Shown: positions 1-11,122, numbered from the stretch's first letter. The stretch is 64,000 nt of DNA from Thainema sp. (GCA_052168235.1 JBQLZK010000002.1:128001-192000), one strand, 5' to 3'. Notes: generated from the letters alone by a model not told the origin. Made by a program: numbers and translations.

Positions 1-218
1 ATACTATATAAGCTATGTGAAGCTGCTTGAGGCTCGCTAGAATGGGCATGATGATTTAATCATCAGTGTTGCAAAAAACAACTGATTTTGCGTTTAAGTG
101 CTTGGCTAATACTTAAACCTGTAGTGGCCGAACAAGACTGCACGTTTGGTGTACGTCGATGTTGATATAGGCTGTCTGCGGCTTTGGTGCTGAGTTGTCA
201 CCTTGAGAGGAATTTACT

Positions 219-1148
219 GTGGGTTTTGGTACTCCCGTTCCCCTGCTGTTGGGAATCATCATGATTGTTGGCGCTGTGGCGCTGTTTTTTCTGAATCGGC
301 TAAAGCCTGGTTATGAGCGCGATATCGATAAGATCTATGCGTTCGCATTCTTGATAGCAGGGATCATCCTGTTGACGGAATGGGATATGTCGTTTCCGGC
401 AGCAATGCAGCAACTCATCGTGGTGCTATCGCTGATCAGTCTCACGATCCAAAATATCTACTCCCGTACACCGCTGGATCCCCGCGTGGCTCCACCTGTG
501 GGAGGGTACGATGGCGGACGCGATGACTATCGACCTCCCAGCCGTCCGGACTATCGGCCTGGCCCTCGAACCAATGTGCGAGCAGAGTTGGATCGCAGAG
601 ACTACATGCCTGACGACCGCTATTATGCGAATCGGCCCATGATCGGGGGACGGGAAGAGCCTTACTACGATGATTATCGGGGTGCTCCTCCCGATGCTTA
701 CAGCAGCTATCGGCCAGGAACCCCACCGAATAATGGCGTCATCGGTCGTTTACCAGGTAATATGCCAGACCGCTCTGAGCGGGGGATGCGCCCATCTCGC
801 TCGGATAGTCGCGATCGCACTCCTGATCGTCCCTACAATCAGCCACCCAGTTCATACACTCAGCAGCCACCTGCCGATCCGTACAGTAGCCGTCCACCTG
901 CTAATAACGAACGTTGGAATGATTGGAACGATCGGCCAGCGCGTCCGTCTTCCCGTCCACTCGGCAACCGTCCCTCTTCGCTAGATGATGCGCGACGCTC
1001 TCCAGCTCCAACCCGGACAGCAGCTCGGTTTGATGCCCATGATCCGGCGGCAACTAACCAGGATGAGCCAATGGCTCCCAGCAACTATGTCGATTACAGT
1101 GCCGTTAACCCAGATGATCGTCCCGATCAGCCACTCAACTTGAGTTAA
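219..1148 (+). CDS. ycf66: Ycf66 family protein (N-terminal membrane domain, long disordered R/P/D-rich tail)
   Basis: N-terminal three hydrophobic helices with 'KPGYERDIDKIYAFAFLIAGIIL...W...QQL' pattern typical of Ycf66_N; low-complexity C-terminus. Confidence 0.75.
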   Translation: MGFGTPVPLLLGIIMIVGAVALFFLNRLKPGYERDIDKIYAFAFLIAGIILLTEWDMSFPAAMQQLIVVLSLISLTIQNIYSRTPLDPRVAPPVGGYDGGRDDYRPPSRPDYRPGPRTNVRAELDRRDYMPDDRYYANRPMIGGREEPYYDDYRGAPPDAYSSYRPGTPPNNGVIGRLPGNMPDRSERGMRPSRSDSRDRTPDRPYNQPPSSYTQQPPADPYSSRPPANNERWNDWNDRPARPSSRPLGNRPSSLDDARRSPAPTRTAARFDAHDPAATNQDEPMAPSNYVDYSAVNPDDRPDQPLNLS

Positions 1149-1167
1149 CGCAGTTTGGATTTAATGC

Positions 1168-1210
1168 AAAAGAGGGCTGGTAGCGTGCTGCGCTGCCAGC
1201 CCTCTTTTTT
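1168..1210. terminator. Bidirectional intrinsic terminator between convergent ycf66 and mnmG
   Basis: aaaagagggctggtagcg-tgctg-cgctgccagccctcttttt hairpin with A/T tails on both sides. Confidence 0.75.
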
Positions 1211-1217
1211 GATTCGA

Positions 1218-3143
1218 TTAGATAGCAGCTTCCTGTTTTGCGGCTGCTTTTTGGCGCGATCGCAGTTCCAGGTACACAATCAGAGCGTTCACATCGGCGG
1301 GATTGACTCCACCAATGCGAGAGGCTTGACCGATCGTGAGCGGCTGCACCTGAGCCAGCTTTTCCCGTGCTTCTTTCGATAACGTTTCAATTTGGTGATA
1401 ATCCAAATCGGACGGCAGCTTGCGATTGGCCTGTTTGAGCACTTGGTCAATCTGATTTTGCTGGCGCTGAATGTAGCCAGAGTACTTGATGTCAATTTCT
1501 GCGCCTTCTTTCTCAGTGCGCTCTAGCGCGGGTTGCCCCAAGCCGTAGTGCTCCAAATTGGCGTAGTGAAATCCGGGCCGCCGCAGCAAATCTGCCAGTG
1601 TAATCGAGCCTTTGATCCGCTGCTGCGTATCCTGCATGATCGCCTGACCAATTTCATCATGCTCTTTAACCCGCGTTTCGTAGAGGCGCTCTTTCTCTGC
1701 CGCAATGTTTTCCTGCTTGTGCTGAAACAACTGCCAGCGGCGGTCATCAATCAAACCAATCTCGCGCCCCAGCGGCGTCAACCGCTGATCGGCATTATCC
1801 GATCGCAGCAGCAGTCGATACTCAGAGCGCGAGGTCAACATGCGATACGGTTCCCGCAGATCCTTGGTGCAGAGATCGTCAATCAGCGTACCGATATAGC
1901 TGCCTTCGCGGGGCAGAATTACCTCATCTTGACCGCGTACAAACCGCGCGGCATTAATGCCTGCGACAATGCCTTGGGCCGCTGCTTCTTCATAACCCGT
2001 AGTGCCGTTGATTTGACCCGCGCAGTACAGACCTTCGATCTTTTTCGTCATCAGGGTCGGGAAACACTGCGTAGCAGGCAGGTAGTCATACTCCACCGCA
2101 TAGGCAGGCCGCAGCATGGCGCAATGTTCCAATCCAGGTAGCGATCGCAGCATGGCGAGCTGAAGCATTTCCGGCAGCCCGGTGGAAAATCCCTGGATAT
2201 ACAGCTCTGGGCTGTCGCGGCCTTCTGGCTCGATAAAGATTTGATGGCTATCTTTGTCGGCAAATCGAACAATTTTATCCTCAATGCTCGGACAATAGCG
2301 TGGCCCTTTAGCATCGACCCAGCCGCCATAGACGGGTGAAAGGTGCAGATTATCCCGAATAATTTGATGCGTTTCTGCCGTCGTCCGCGTCAAGTAACAG
2401 GGCATCTGCTCCCGCTCGATCCAGACCGCCGGATCAAAGCTAAACCAGCGAATATCCTCATCACCGGGTTGGGCTTCCATTTTGGAGTAGTCTACGGAGC
2501 GCCGATCCACACGGGCAGGCGTTCCCGTCTTCAACCGTCCCGTTTCAAAACCGAGCTGGTTCAGCGTCTCCGTTAAGCCAACCGCCGCAAACTCCCCGGC
2601 TCGTCCAGCAGGCATCGATTTATTACCAATCCAGATGCAGCCGCCCAGAAACGTTCCGGTCGTCAGAATGACGGCTTTGCACTTAAACGCCACGCCGAAA
2701 TAGGTCTGTACGCCAACCACTTCATCGTTATGACCCATAACCAAATCTGTTGCCATGCCCTCGCGGATCACCAGGTTGTCCTGATTTTCCACAATGGTTT
2801 TCATGATGGCGGCATATTCGCGCTTATCGGTTTGCGCCCGCAGTGCCCAAACCGCTGGCCCACGGGAGCTATTGAGAATTCGCTTTTGCAGATAGGCACG
2901 ATCGGCCATTTTGCCAATCTCGCCGCCCAGCGCATCGACTTCATGGGTCAATTGCGATTTAGCAGGCCCACCGACAGCAGGATTGCAGGGCTGCCAGGCA
3001 ATTTTGTCGAGGTTGAGCGTCAGCAGCAGCGTCCGACAGCCCAATCGCGCCGTCGCTAAGGCCGCTTCACAACCCGAATGTCCGGCTCCGACGACGACGA
3101 CATCAAATTCATCTAAAAACTCTACATTTGCGAGCCTGACCAT
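1218..3143 (-). CDS. mnmG: tRNA uridine-5-carboxymethylaminomethyl(34) synthesis enzyme MnmG (GidA)
   Basis: GAGHSG FAD motif, [35 protein letters not shown]. Confidence 0.97.
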   Translation of the reverse strand: MVRLANVEFLDEFDVVVVGAGHSGCEAALATARLGCRTLLLTLNLDKIAWQPCNPAVGGPAKSQLTHEVDALGGEIGKMADRAYLQKRILNSSRGPAVWALRAQTDKREYAAIMKTIVENQDNLVIREGMATDLVMGHNDEVVGVQTYFGVAFKCKAVILTTGTFLGGCIWIGNKSMPAGRAGEFAAVGLTETLNQLGFETGRLKTGTPARVDRRSVDYSKMEAQPGDEDIRWFSFDPAVWIEREQMPCYLTRTTAETHQIIRDNLHLSPVYGGWVDAKGPRYCPSIEDKIVRFADKDSHQIFIEPEGRDSPELYIQGFSTGLPEMLQLAMLRSLPGLEHCAMLRPAYAVEYDYLPATQCFPTLMTKKIEGLYCAGQINGTTGYEEAAAQGIVAGINAARFVRGQDEVILPREGSYIGTLIDDLCTKDLREPYRMLTSRSEYRLLLRSDNADQRLTPLGREIGLIDDRRWQLFQHKQENIAAEKERLYETRVKEHDEIGQAIMQDTQQRIKGSITLADLLRRPGFHYANLEHYGLGQPALERTEKEGAEIDIKYSGYIQRQQNQIDQVLKQANRKLPSDLDYHQIETLSKEAREKLAQVQPLTIGQASRIGGVNPADVNALIVYLELRSRQKAAAKQEAAI

Positions 3144-3247
3144 ACCTCAACCCGTTGAAGGACACAGTCTCAATTTTAGCGGTTGCGATCGAGGCTTGGA
3201 GTTGCAGATCGATTCTGATCGGCTATGAGGAACCTGAATTAGGGAGC

Positions 3248-3880
3248 TTAGTACTGCTGTTGAGAATAGGCTGGTGGATAGGCATAACTAGACGTGTTAG
3301 GGACAAAGGGTGGTACGCCGGATGACGTGGATCTAGGCTGCTGTACAGGTTGGTTATGTGCTGCCGGTGCCGAATGGGATGCCGTATCTGTGCTGCCTGC
3401 ACGATTAATGTGGACAAAGCTGGGTGTGAAGAGAAAGATGGTTTCACCGAGACGTTCTTGGTCACCATCAATGGCAAACGTGCCGCCAGCGACATAGTCA
3501 ACGGCGCGCTGAGCCTGATCCGGATCCATCCGATCGAGGTTGAGGATAACGGCCTTACGTTCGCGTAGAGCTGCGATCGCACGTGGCATATCTTCAAATG
3601 AATCGGGTTCCAGTACCATAAACTCAACATGCTTTAGCCCCAAACCCGGCATCGCCACAATATTGTTATTGGCGGGATTACCAGCGGGCATTGGATTTAC
3701 AGTGGGCGGCAGGGAAGCACCTGGAACCGCCTGTGGCGATGGAGGAGTCGGATAGGCGGATGCGGTTGGCGCATCATAGCCGTTGTCATAATCGGCATCC
3801 TGGTTGGCATCGTAGACATAGTCGTATTGACTCGCCTCGCTCCAGCCCAAAGAATCTTGTATGCGCTGAAATAAACCCAT
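3248..3880 (-). CDS. sepF: Cell division protein SepF
   Basis: C-terminal '[25 protein letters not shown]...[17 protein letters not shown]...IFLFTPS' SepF domain; start placed at ATG 3880, 7 nt after AAGGTGG. Confidence 0.88.
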   Translation of the reverse strand: MGLFQRIQDSLGWSEASQYDYVYDANQDADYDNGYDAPTASAYPTPPSPQAVPGASLPPTVNPMPAGNPANNNIVAMPGLGLKHVEFMVLEPDSFEDMPRAIAALRERKAVILNLDRMDPDQAQRAVDYVAGGTFAIDGDQERLGETIFLFTPSFVHINRAGSTDTASHSAPAAHNQPVQQPRSTSSGVPPFVPNTSSYAYPPAYSQQQY

Positions 3881-4120
3881 AGCCATGCCACCTTTAGTTC
3901 GCATGTTCTGTTTTTTTATATCATTTTTAGATTGTTATTGCCAGAGTAAAGATGCGGATTCTTGAGCATCAAGCTGAGTTTTATTCAGTGATTTAGATCG
4001 CTTAAATTCAGATCTTTGATCACTTTTTAGCTGATAAACCAGTGCATCACCTGTTAAATCCAGATGCTTTTGGGCATTCTGAGGCAAAATGCCATATTTC
4101 TCTTGCCAAAGGATGGAGTC

Positions 4121-4550
4121 ATGCTGTATTTAGCATCTCGTTTAATCCGTCGAAGTTCTTTTCTGAGTGGCTTATTTGCGATCGCGCTCAGTCTAACGGT
4201 GCTGACCGGGATTTCTGCACGGGCACATCTGAACTAAACGTGAAGCCGTTGTGGGTGGGTCTGAATAGCTGGCCGGGATTTGATGTGGCGCTGTATGGCT
4301 CCGACGCAGGCATTTTTGAGCAACGGGGACTAGAGGTCGAATTTGTGCGATTCGATGTTGCTCAAGATACGGTACGAGCGCTGCTGCGCGGGTCGCTTGA
4401 TGCGTGTTTGTCTCGCTGTGGGATATTATGCAGGCCGATCCGGGAGAGCATAATCCGGCTTTCATTATGGCAACCAACGTATCGCATGGTTCCGATGGCA
4501 TTGTGGCCCAAGCCGGCATTACTTTGGTGGCTGAGCTGAAAGGAAAAGTT
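4121..4550 (+). pseudogene. Fragmented NMT1/SsuA-type ABC substrate-binding protein
   Basis: Signal peptide from ATG 4121, frameshift near 4210 into 'VGLNSWPGF...GIFEQRGLEVEFVRF', second frameshift near 4405 into 'TNVSHGSDGIVAQAGI...ELKGKVVG'; truncated near 4550. Confidence 0.7.
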
Positions 4551-6164
4551 GTCGGCTTGTGCAGAATTACGCGACTCTGCCAGGTGTGGTCGAAATCGCG
4601 ATTTTATCGCCCAATCGGGAAACATTGGCGCGCAGTCCATTTGCGGTCGGGGACGAGTCGTTTGTGCGAGATTATCCCAATTTGATTCCTGTTTTAGAAA
4701 CAGCCGCTTGTACCGGAGTAGCCACCAATTTTCAGACAACTGTCGGTGGTACCCCCGTGCTAGTGGATATTTTGCCGTTTAGCAGCATCCTATTCGGTGC
4801 GGGTCAACGCGGACTTGCGATCGCAATTGTCGATCTGCATCAAATGCAGCAAGAGGCACAATCAACCTTTCTCGCCTCTACCGTTACCATGTTGGGGGGG
4901 CAGCCGTCATTTTGGGGCTCATGGCGCTGTTGGTGCAGCACAACGTTTTGGAACCCATGCGCCAGCTCACCCAAACCGTGAGGCAGAGCCAGAAAACCGG
5001 CAGTTTTCAGCCGCCGTCTCATCTGCCTAATAACGAAATCCAATTCTTGGCCGAGACCTTTAGCACCGTCTTCAAAGAGCTGGAATCCTATCTCCAACTT
5101 CAGCTTGAAATTACGCGTCGGAAAGAAATTGAGACCGAACTGCGGGACAGCGAAGCCAATGAGCGGCGTAAGTCAGAACAGCTTGAAAAAACGCTGGCCG
5201 AATTGCGGCAGGCGCAAGCTCAACTGGTGCAAAGTGACAGGCGCAAGCTCAACTGGTGCAGGCCGAGAAAATGTCCAGTCTGGGTCAACTGGTCGCCGGG
5301 GTAGCCCATGAAATTAATAATCCCGTGAGCTTTATTTACGGCAATCTTGTGCATGCGGAAACGAGCATTGACGATTTGTTGGGGCTGATTGCCCTTTACC
5401 AGCAGCACTATCCTGATCCAAATGCTGAGATTCAAGATGAGATTGAAGCGATTGATCTAGAGTTCTTGATGACTGATCTGCCCAAAATGTTGCACTCAAT
5501 GAGATTAGGGGCTGATCGGATTAGAGATATTGTGATGTCCCTGCACGTGTTTTCGCGTATGGATGAGGCTGAGGTTAAATCGGTGGATTTGCACGAGGGA
5601 CTGGATAGTACCCTAATGATTTTGCAGAGTCGGCTGAGGGAGAAACCTGAGCATCCTGAAATTCAGGTGATTAAGCAATATGGAGATTTGCCTCGGGTTG
5701 AATGCTATGCCGGACAGGTCAATCAGGTGTTTATGAACATCTTGGTCAATGCTATTGATGTGCTGGAAGAGTGCGATCGCAACCGGACTTGGCCGGAAAT
5801 TCAGGCTAACCCCAGCACCATCACAATTTAAACAGAAGCCGTCATCAATCCAACCGATCCCACCGCTGAACCCGAGCGAGTTCGCATCCGCATTCGTAAC
5901 AACGGCTCCGGAATTCCGACAGAAATTCAGGAACGGCTGTTTGACCCTTTTTTCACCACTAAATCCGTTGGCAAAGGTATGGGTTTAGGTCTATCGATTA
6001 GCCACCAAATTATTATGGGTAAACACAATGGCCAGCTGACATGCTACTCCACCGTAGGCGAAGGCGCTGAGTTTGTGATTGAACTGCCGTGCTACGTGCC
6101 AATCACAGAACGCCTATCCTTTCGCCAGAAACAAGGTCTGAAACCGACAGTGACGAAGAACTAG
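4551..6164 (+). pseudogene. Fragmented sensor histidine kinase (TM-HAMP-HisKA-HATPase)
   Basis: Pieces in different frames: 4559-4900, 4912-5231 (HAMP), 5256-5828 ('[17 protein letters not shown]'); in-frame TAA at 5829-5831, then '[21 protein letters not shown]' in the same frame to 6164. Confidence 0.88.
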
Positions 6165-6324
6165 ACCCCACCATCATGCTGGTGCCACCGGATACTCAGT
6201 GATTAATGGTTATTGCTTGTGACCTAATGTCAATCCAAACGCCAATCTAATGGTGTGAAATGCCTGCACAGCCAAAGTTTCACATCATCAGGCACGGGTT
6301 TTCTAACCAGGCTTCAAATCAACC

Positions 6325-7380
6325 CTATGGGTAGAAGCTCATTTGGGGGAGTCCTAACGTTTCCTCCCAGCCCATCATGATATTCAGACACTGTACGGCT
6401 TGACCCGCCTGCCCCTTCATCAAATTGTCGATCGCCGACATGACGATAACTCGATCGGTGCGGGGATCAACCTCAATGCCGATGTAGCAATTGTTGGTGC
6501 CGTAGGCCCATTTGGTTTGAGGATAGACGCCGTTGGGCAGCATCTTTACCCAGGGACAGTTGCGATAGAAGGCACTGTAGATCGTTAATAAATCATCACG
6601 TACCAGACCTGGATCGCGCAGCGTGGCATAAACCGTTGCCAAAATTCCCCGCACCATTGGGATCAGGTGAGGCGTAAACTGCACGAGCACTTCATGTCCG
6701 GCTAGGCGGCTGCAGATTTGCTCAATTTCTGGTGTGTGGCGATGACGGGCCACGCCGTAGGCCGCTAAGGAATTATCAGCTTCAGCCAGCAACAAGTGCG
6801 TTTTAGCCTGCCGTCCGCCGCCGGATGTGCCGGATTTGGCATCGACAATGGCAGTTTCGGTCAAAATCAAGCCTTGCTTCATCAACGGCGACAGAGCCAG
6901 CAAGCTCGCGGTGGGGTAGCAGCCTGGACAGCCGATTAGTTGGGCTTCGGCAATGCGATCGCGATATAGCTCCGGCAGACCATACACTGCTGTTTCCGCG
7001 ACGGCTTTGTCCTGCCGTTCTTTGCCATACCATATTTCATAGGTGCCCAAATCAGAGAAGCGGTAGTCGGCTGACAGATCCAGCACCTTGCAGCCCTTCT
7101 CTAGTAGGGGCGGAGCCATCTCACAGGCTAAGCCATTCGGCAGGGATAGAAACACAACATCACAGCGGCGGGCGATTTCGTCTAGGTCAATTGCTTCTAC
7201 TTTCAAGTCAAACTGGCGCGTCAGATGAGGATAAATATCGGAAAAAGCTTGCCCGGCGCTGCTATCACCACCGAGATACACAATCTCTGTTTTGGGGTGT
7301 TCGCTGAGGAGCCTAACCAGTTGAATGCCGCCGTAACCCGATGCACCAATAATTCCGATGGATAGCTCAGAATCGCCCAT
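6325..7380 (-). CDS. argC: N-acetyl-gamma-glutamyl-phosphate reductase
   Basis: [41 protein letters not shown]. Confidence 0.97.
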   Translation of the reverse strand: MGDSELSIGIIGASGYGGIQLVRLLSEHPKTEIVYLGGDSSAGQAFSDIYPHLTRQFDLKVEAIDLDEIARRCDVVFLSLPNGLACEMAPPLLEKGCKVLDLSADYRFSDLGTYEIWYGKERQDKAVAETAVYGLPELYRDRIAEAQLIGCPGCYPTASLLALSPLMKQGLILTETAIVDAKSGTSGGGRQAKTHLLLAEADNSLAAYGVARHRHTPEIEQICSRLAGHEVLVQFTPHLIPMVRGILATVYATLRDPGLVRDDLLTIYSAFYRNCPWVKMLPNGVYPQTKWAYGTNNCYIGIEVDPRTDRVIVMSAIDNLMKGQAGQAVQCLNIMMGWEETLGLPQMSFYP

Positions 7381-7789
7381 AATCGATCGCCTACACAAAC
7401 GTAATGTCAACAGTAGTATTGGTTATCTCGGTCTGTCAAAAAACTGTCAACGTCTTGCCAAAACCAGTTGACGCTGCCGCATCAACTTTGCAGAGTCATG
7501 ATATGTGGAGCAGGGAAATGGTGTCTCCCTCCGCAGTTGGGCGTTGAGTTTTAGCTGTGAGCAAATCTTGACAGTCGAATTTGACAGCTTTCCCTAACAG
7601 TCGTGATTGGATTGTAGTACCAAATATTCAGATTGATCCGCTGATCCCCAGAGATGTTGTTGGCGATACATGACGCAGGCAGCATCCGGGCTTTGGCGTT
7701 ACAGATCAAAATACAACCAGCGGTGTATTTGTATTTTTTGTTAAGTTAAGTTACAGTGGGTCTAATAAGAAATGTATTGAGGATTTCAC

Positions 7790-7960
7790 ATGCCATATAC
7801 GAGTGAAGAGGGTGGTCGCTTAAACAACTTTGCAGTTGAACCAAAGATGTATGAAGCAGAACCCCCTTCTAAAGGGCAAATGATTAACTACGTCATTTTA
7901 GGCGCTGGTGCGATCGCACTTATTGGTGGTCTATTTTTCGTAGCTGCTTCTGTTTCATAA
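7790..7960 (+). CDS. psb34: Photosystem II assembly protein Psb34 (Ssl1498 family), 56 aa, missed by the ORF track
   Basis: Translated by hand: MPYTSEEGGRLNNFAVEPKMYEAEPPSKGQMINYVILGAGAIALIGGLFFVAASVS; 'EGGRLNNFAVEPKMY' motif plus one C-terminal TM helix; GAGG RBS. Confidence 0.9.
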   Translation: MPYTSEEGGRLNNFAVEPKMYEAEPPSKGQMINYVILGAGAIALIGGLFFVAASVS

Positions 7961-8009
7961 GATATTAATTCTTAAATAAAACGATTTTGATCCAAATCAG
8001 AATTTAACG

Positions 8010-8045
8010 CACCTGCTGTTTCTAGATGAAGTGGCGGGTGTTTTG
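8010..8045 (+). terminator. Probable intrinsic terminator of psb34
   Basis: cacctgctgttt...aagtggcgggtg stem (G-U pairs on + strand) followed by tttt. Confidence 0.55.
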
Positions 8046-8152
8046 GCTTTAAGCACTCAGAGCGCTCACGTTTTTGCGATCTCACGATCGCCACGTCGCC
8101 TCTCCTTCCGTCATTCACTGTCGCCGTTGAGTCGTTGATTGATCACTGACAG

Positions 8153-8710
8153 ATGCCTATACTTACCTCCACCAACTTTGAGGGACTTGTCAATCGCCGA
8201 TTTCTGAAAAACTTGTTGCCTCAGCCCGCTCGCCCTGTTTTGTCGCTGGGCAATTCAACGCCTGATTTTGAACTCTTTTGCATTCAGCAGCAGCAGATCA
8301 TTCGGCTGTCCCAACTGATTCAGGCAAAACGACCAATTCTCCTGGCTTTTACGCGCATTTTTACTGAAAATCAGTACTGTCCGCTCTGCTTTCCCCATAT
8401 TCAAGCACTGAATCGTCAGTATCAGCAATTTCAGCAACTTGGCGTAGACGTATTCATGATTACGAGTACGGACTATGACCAAAGCACAATCGTCGTACGC
8501 GATCTGGGGCTAAAAATTCCGCTACTCAGCGATCCGACCTGTGAAGTCTTTCGCCGCTATGGGCTGGGGCAAGCGCTGGGTGCGCCACTGCCGGCGCAGT
8601 TTTTGCTCGATCAAACGGGACGCTTGCAGTATGCCCATCTCTTTTCGTTTTTATCTCACAATGCGGATGTAGACGGGTTGCTGTCCGTCGCACAGGCTTG
8701 TTGTGTATGA
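8153..8710 (+). CDS. AhpC/TSA (peroxiredoxin-like) redoxin
   Basis: Thioredoxin fold with CPLC motif, 'PDFEL', 'LLSDP', 'PAQFLLDQTG'. Confidence 0.85.
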   Translation: MPILTSTNFEGLVNRRFLKNLLPQPARPVLSLGNSTPDFELFCIQQQQIIRLSQLIQAKRPILLAFTRIFTENQYCPLCFPHIQALNRQYQQFQQLGVDVFMITSTDYDQSTIVVRDLGLKIPLLSDPTCEVFRRYGLGQALGAPLPAQFLLDQTGRLQYAHLFSFLSHNADVDGLLSVAQACCV

Positions 8711-8720
8711 GTTGCAAAAA

Positions 8721-8759
8721 CAAAAGAGAGCGGTCAGCTTAGCTGATCGCCCTCTTTTG
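8721..8759. terminator. Bidirectional terminator between redoxin and tRNA-Ser
   Basis: caaaagagagcggtcagc-tta-gctgatcgccctcttttg hairpin. Confidence 0.7.
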
Positions 8760-8777
8760 GTTATTGGTCTTTATCAA

Positions 8778-8866
8778 CGGAGAGAGAGGGATTCGAACCC
8801 TCGATGGAGTTTAACCCCCATAACTCCTTAGCAGGGAGCCGCTTTCAACCACTCAGCCATCTCTCC
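8778..8866 (-). tRNA. tRNA-Ser(GCT)
   Basis: Reverse complement GGAGAGATGGCTGAGTGGTTGAAAGCGGCTCC-CTGCTAA-GGAGT, long variable arm, GAGGGTTCGAATCCCTC T-arm, TCTCTCCG acceptor; CCA not encoded. Confidence 0.97.
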
Positions 8867-9534
8867 AAGCGGAACTGGATAATTATCATAACAGATGAGG
8901 CTGCCAAAGTTGAGTGCGATCGCACAGATTTTCGACAAAAATTAGTGCCTTAAGTTACTGAACAATAGGCCAGTCAAGGATTACAGATGATTTATTGACG
9001 AATTATCAACACAGCAGTTTGCTCTTTCTGAATAAAACGCTTTCTATATTGATGCGCTTCCGTCTACGGCCAAATGCCTTTTCTAGGTTTGATGAAGAGA
9101 TTAATCGTCAAATGTGATCGATAAAGCACACTTTTTTATGGATTTGCAATCAAAATTAACGTATGCCCATAGAGTAGCTTCATACAATATGAATGCACTT
9201 TTAGACTGATGAAGTTCCCTGACGCTACGTTTTAGAACAAAAACAGGCAATACGGTTAGTTTTGGCAGTATTGCTACCAATCGGTCATTAGTTTTTGGCT
9301 ATCCAATCACCTGCGCAGACTGGCAGCGTTTAGATACAACACTTACAACTAATCCAGCTTTCATTTGCAGATACAGGTGCGGCACTCGAGTTCTCGTGAT
9401 TTTTAGTTTTTAGTTTTTTTGTGCTCGTAGTTTTTTGAGTTTACCGTTACGTGGCTGCTCCTGACTTGATTCAGTGAGTTGGAGTACCAGAAAGAGCTGT
9501 GAATTCAATTCTTTGAAGAATTTTTAGAAACATT

Positions 9535-10812
9535 ATGTTATCCCAAAATTTAAACCACATTGCCTTGATCTCTGTTCATGGCGATCCTGCCGTTGAAATT
9601 GGTAAAGAAGAAGCGGGCGGCCAAAATGTCTATGTCCGCTGTGTCGGGGAAGCACTGGCTCGTCAAGGCTGGCAGGTGGACTTATTCACTCGCCGTACCA
9701 GCCCTGAGCAAGAGCCGATTGTTCAACATGCCGATAACTGCCGCACCATTCGCTTAACGGCTGGCGAGGCAGACTTTATTCCCCGCGATGAAATTTTTAA
9801 TAGCTTGCCGATTTTTGTCGAGCAATTCCTAGACACCCAGCGAGAACTGGGAATTCGTTATCCCCTCATCCACACAAATTATTGGCTGTCGGGCTGGGTT
9901 GGACTAGAGCTGAAAACGCGGCAAAACATTCAGCTGGTGCATACCTATCATTCGCTGGGGGCTGTGAAATATCAAAACACGTCGATGGTGCCGCTGATTG
10001 CTAAAACTCGGCTGGCTGTCGAAAAAGCCTGTTTAGAGCAGGCTAATCGGGTAGTGGCGACGAGTCCACAAGAAGAACAGCATCTGCGATCGCTGGTTTC
10101 TCGCCAAGGGTACACCGAGGTGATTCCCTGCGCGACGGATGTTGAGCGCTTCGGATCAATCAGCCGCATTCAGGCGCGGCAGCATTTGGGGATCGATTTG
10201 GACATCCAAATGATTTTCTATGTGGGTCGTTTCGATCCGCGAAAGGGCATTGAAACTCTGGTGCGAGCCGTCAATCAGATTCAGTCAACGAATTGCGATC
10301 GCAACTTGCGTCTTGTAATTGGAGGCGGCAGTCGTCCCGGTCGCAGCGATGGTCAAGAACGCGATCGCATCGAAGGCATTGTGAACAGTTTAGGTCTGGA
10401 ATCATTTACCGAGTTCCCAGGCCGGATCAGTGATGAAAACTTGCCGATTTACTATGCTGCCGCTGATGTGGTGGTGGTGCCCAGTCACTATGAACCCTTT
10501 GGATTGGTTGCAATTGAAGCAATGGCCAGCGGTACACCTGTGGTTGCCAGCGATGTCGGTGGACTGCAATTTACCGTGATTCCAGAACAAACGGGGTTGC
10601 GAGTGCCACCGAAAGATGTGGCTGGGTTTGCTCAAGCGATTCAGCGAATTCTGGATAATCCTGATTGGCAGCACCAACTCGGCCAAAATGCCCGTCAGCG
10701 AGTTGAACAGCAATTTAGCTGGGACGGCATTGCCGCAGAATTGAGCCATCTTTATTGCAAACTGTTGGCAGAGGGCGATCAGAATTTGACGCTAACCTCT
10801 GCAACCGCATAA
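9535..10812 (+). CDS. sps: GT4 glycosyltransferase, unidomain sucrose-phosphate synthase type
   Basis: 'IALISVHGDPAVEIGKEEAGGQNVYV', 'HTNYWLSG', 'HTYHSLG', 'EPFGLVAIEAMASGTPVVAS'; 425 aa matches the minimal cyanobacterial SPS. Confidence 0.8.
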   Translation: MLSQNLNHIALISVHGDPAVEIGKEEAGGQNVYVRCVGEALARQGWQVDLFTRRTSPEQEPIVQHADNCRTIRLTAGEADFIPRDEIFNSLPIFVEQFLDTQRELGIRYPLIHTNYWLSGWVGLELKTRQNIQLVHTYHSLGAVKYQNTSMVPLIAKTRLAVEKACLEQANRVVATSPQEEQHLRSLVSRQGYTEVIPCATDVERFGSISRIQARQHLGIDLDIQMIFYVGRFDPRKGIETLVRAVNQIQSTNCDRNLRLVIGGGSRPGRSDGQERDRIEGIVNSLGLESFTEFPGRISDENLPIYYAAADVVVVPSHYEPFGLVAIEAMASGTPVVASDVGGLQFTVIPEQTGLRVPPKDVAGFAQAIQRILDNPDWQHQLGQNARQRVEQQFSWDGIAAELSHLYCKLLAEGDQNLTLTSATA

Positions 10813-11108
10813 AGAACAGCAGGAATCTCTTATGTTTGCGAAATTAATCTGAATCTGTGGAGGGGAAAAGCATCAGCCTATGCTGAATCCGCCCGTCGCA
10901 ACTCATGCAGGAACCGCAGACTGTTAAATCTATTTATTTCCGATAAATCTATTTATTTCCGAGAGAGTAAGGCTCTACTTCGCTCTGCTGTGGATCAAGG
11001 TGCATTGAGCTCAGCTGAACAGGCAGTAAAACGGCTCAATGCACCAGCAAATAAGGCTTGACGAATGTTAATCTGTGTTGCTTTATCAGCAAATCCTGAC
11101 AGGATTGT

Positions 11109-11122
11109 GTATTTTTTGATAC
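11109..11122 (+). promoter_or_regulatory. Candidate NtcA box upstream of pckA
   Basis: GTA-TTTTTTGA-TAC, a perfect GTA-N8-TAC, 122 nt upstream of the ATG. Confidence 0.45.

Noticed and set aside
1155..3228. Numerous overlapping alternative-frame ORFs here and across the window
   Set aside because: Antisense or out-of-frame shadows of well-supported genes, with no motifs or RBS.
7505..7560. Fluoride or cobalamin riboswitch (gggaaatggtgtctccc)
   Set aside because: Only a short 5' resemblance; the 3' pseudoknot partner and B12 box are missing, and the flanking genes do not fit.
10832..11060. Small gene between sps and pckA
   Set aside because: ATG-initiated frames stop after 6 and 15 codons, and no family is recognisable.
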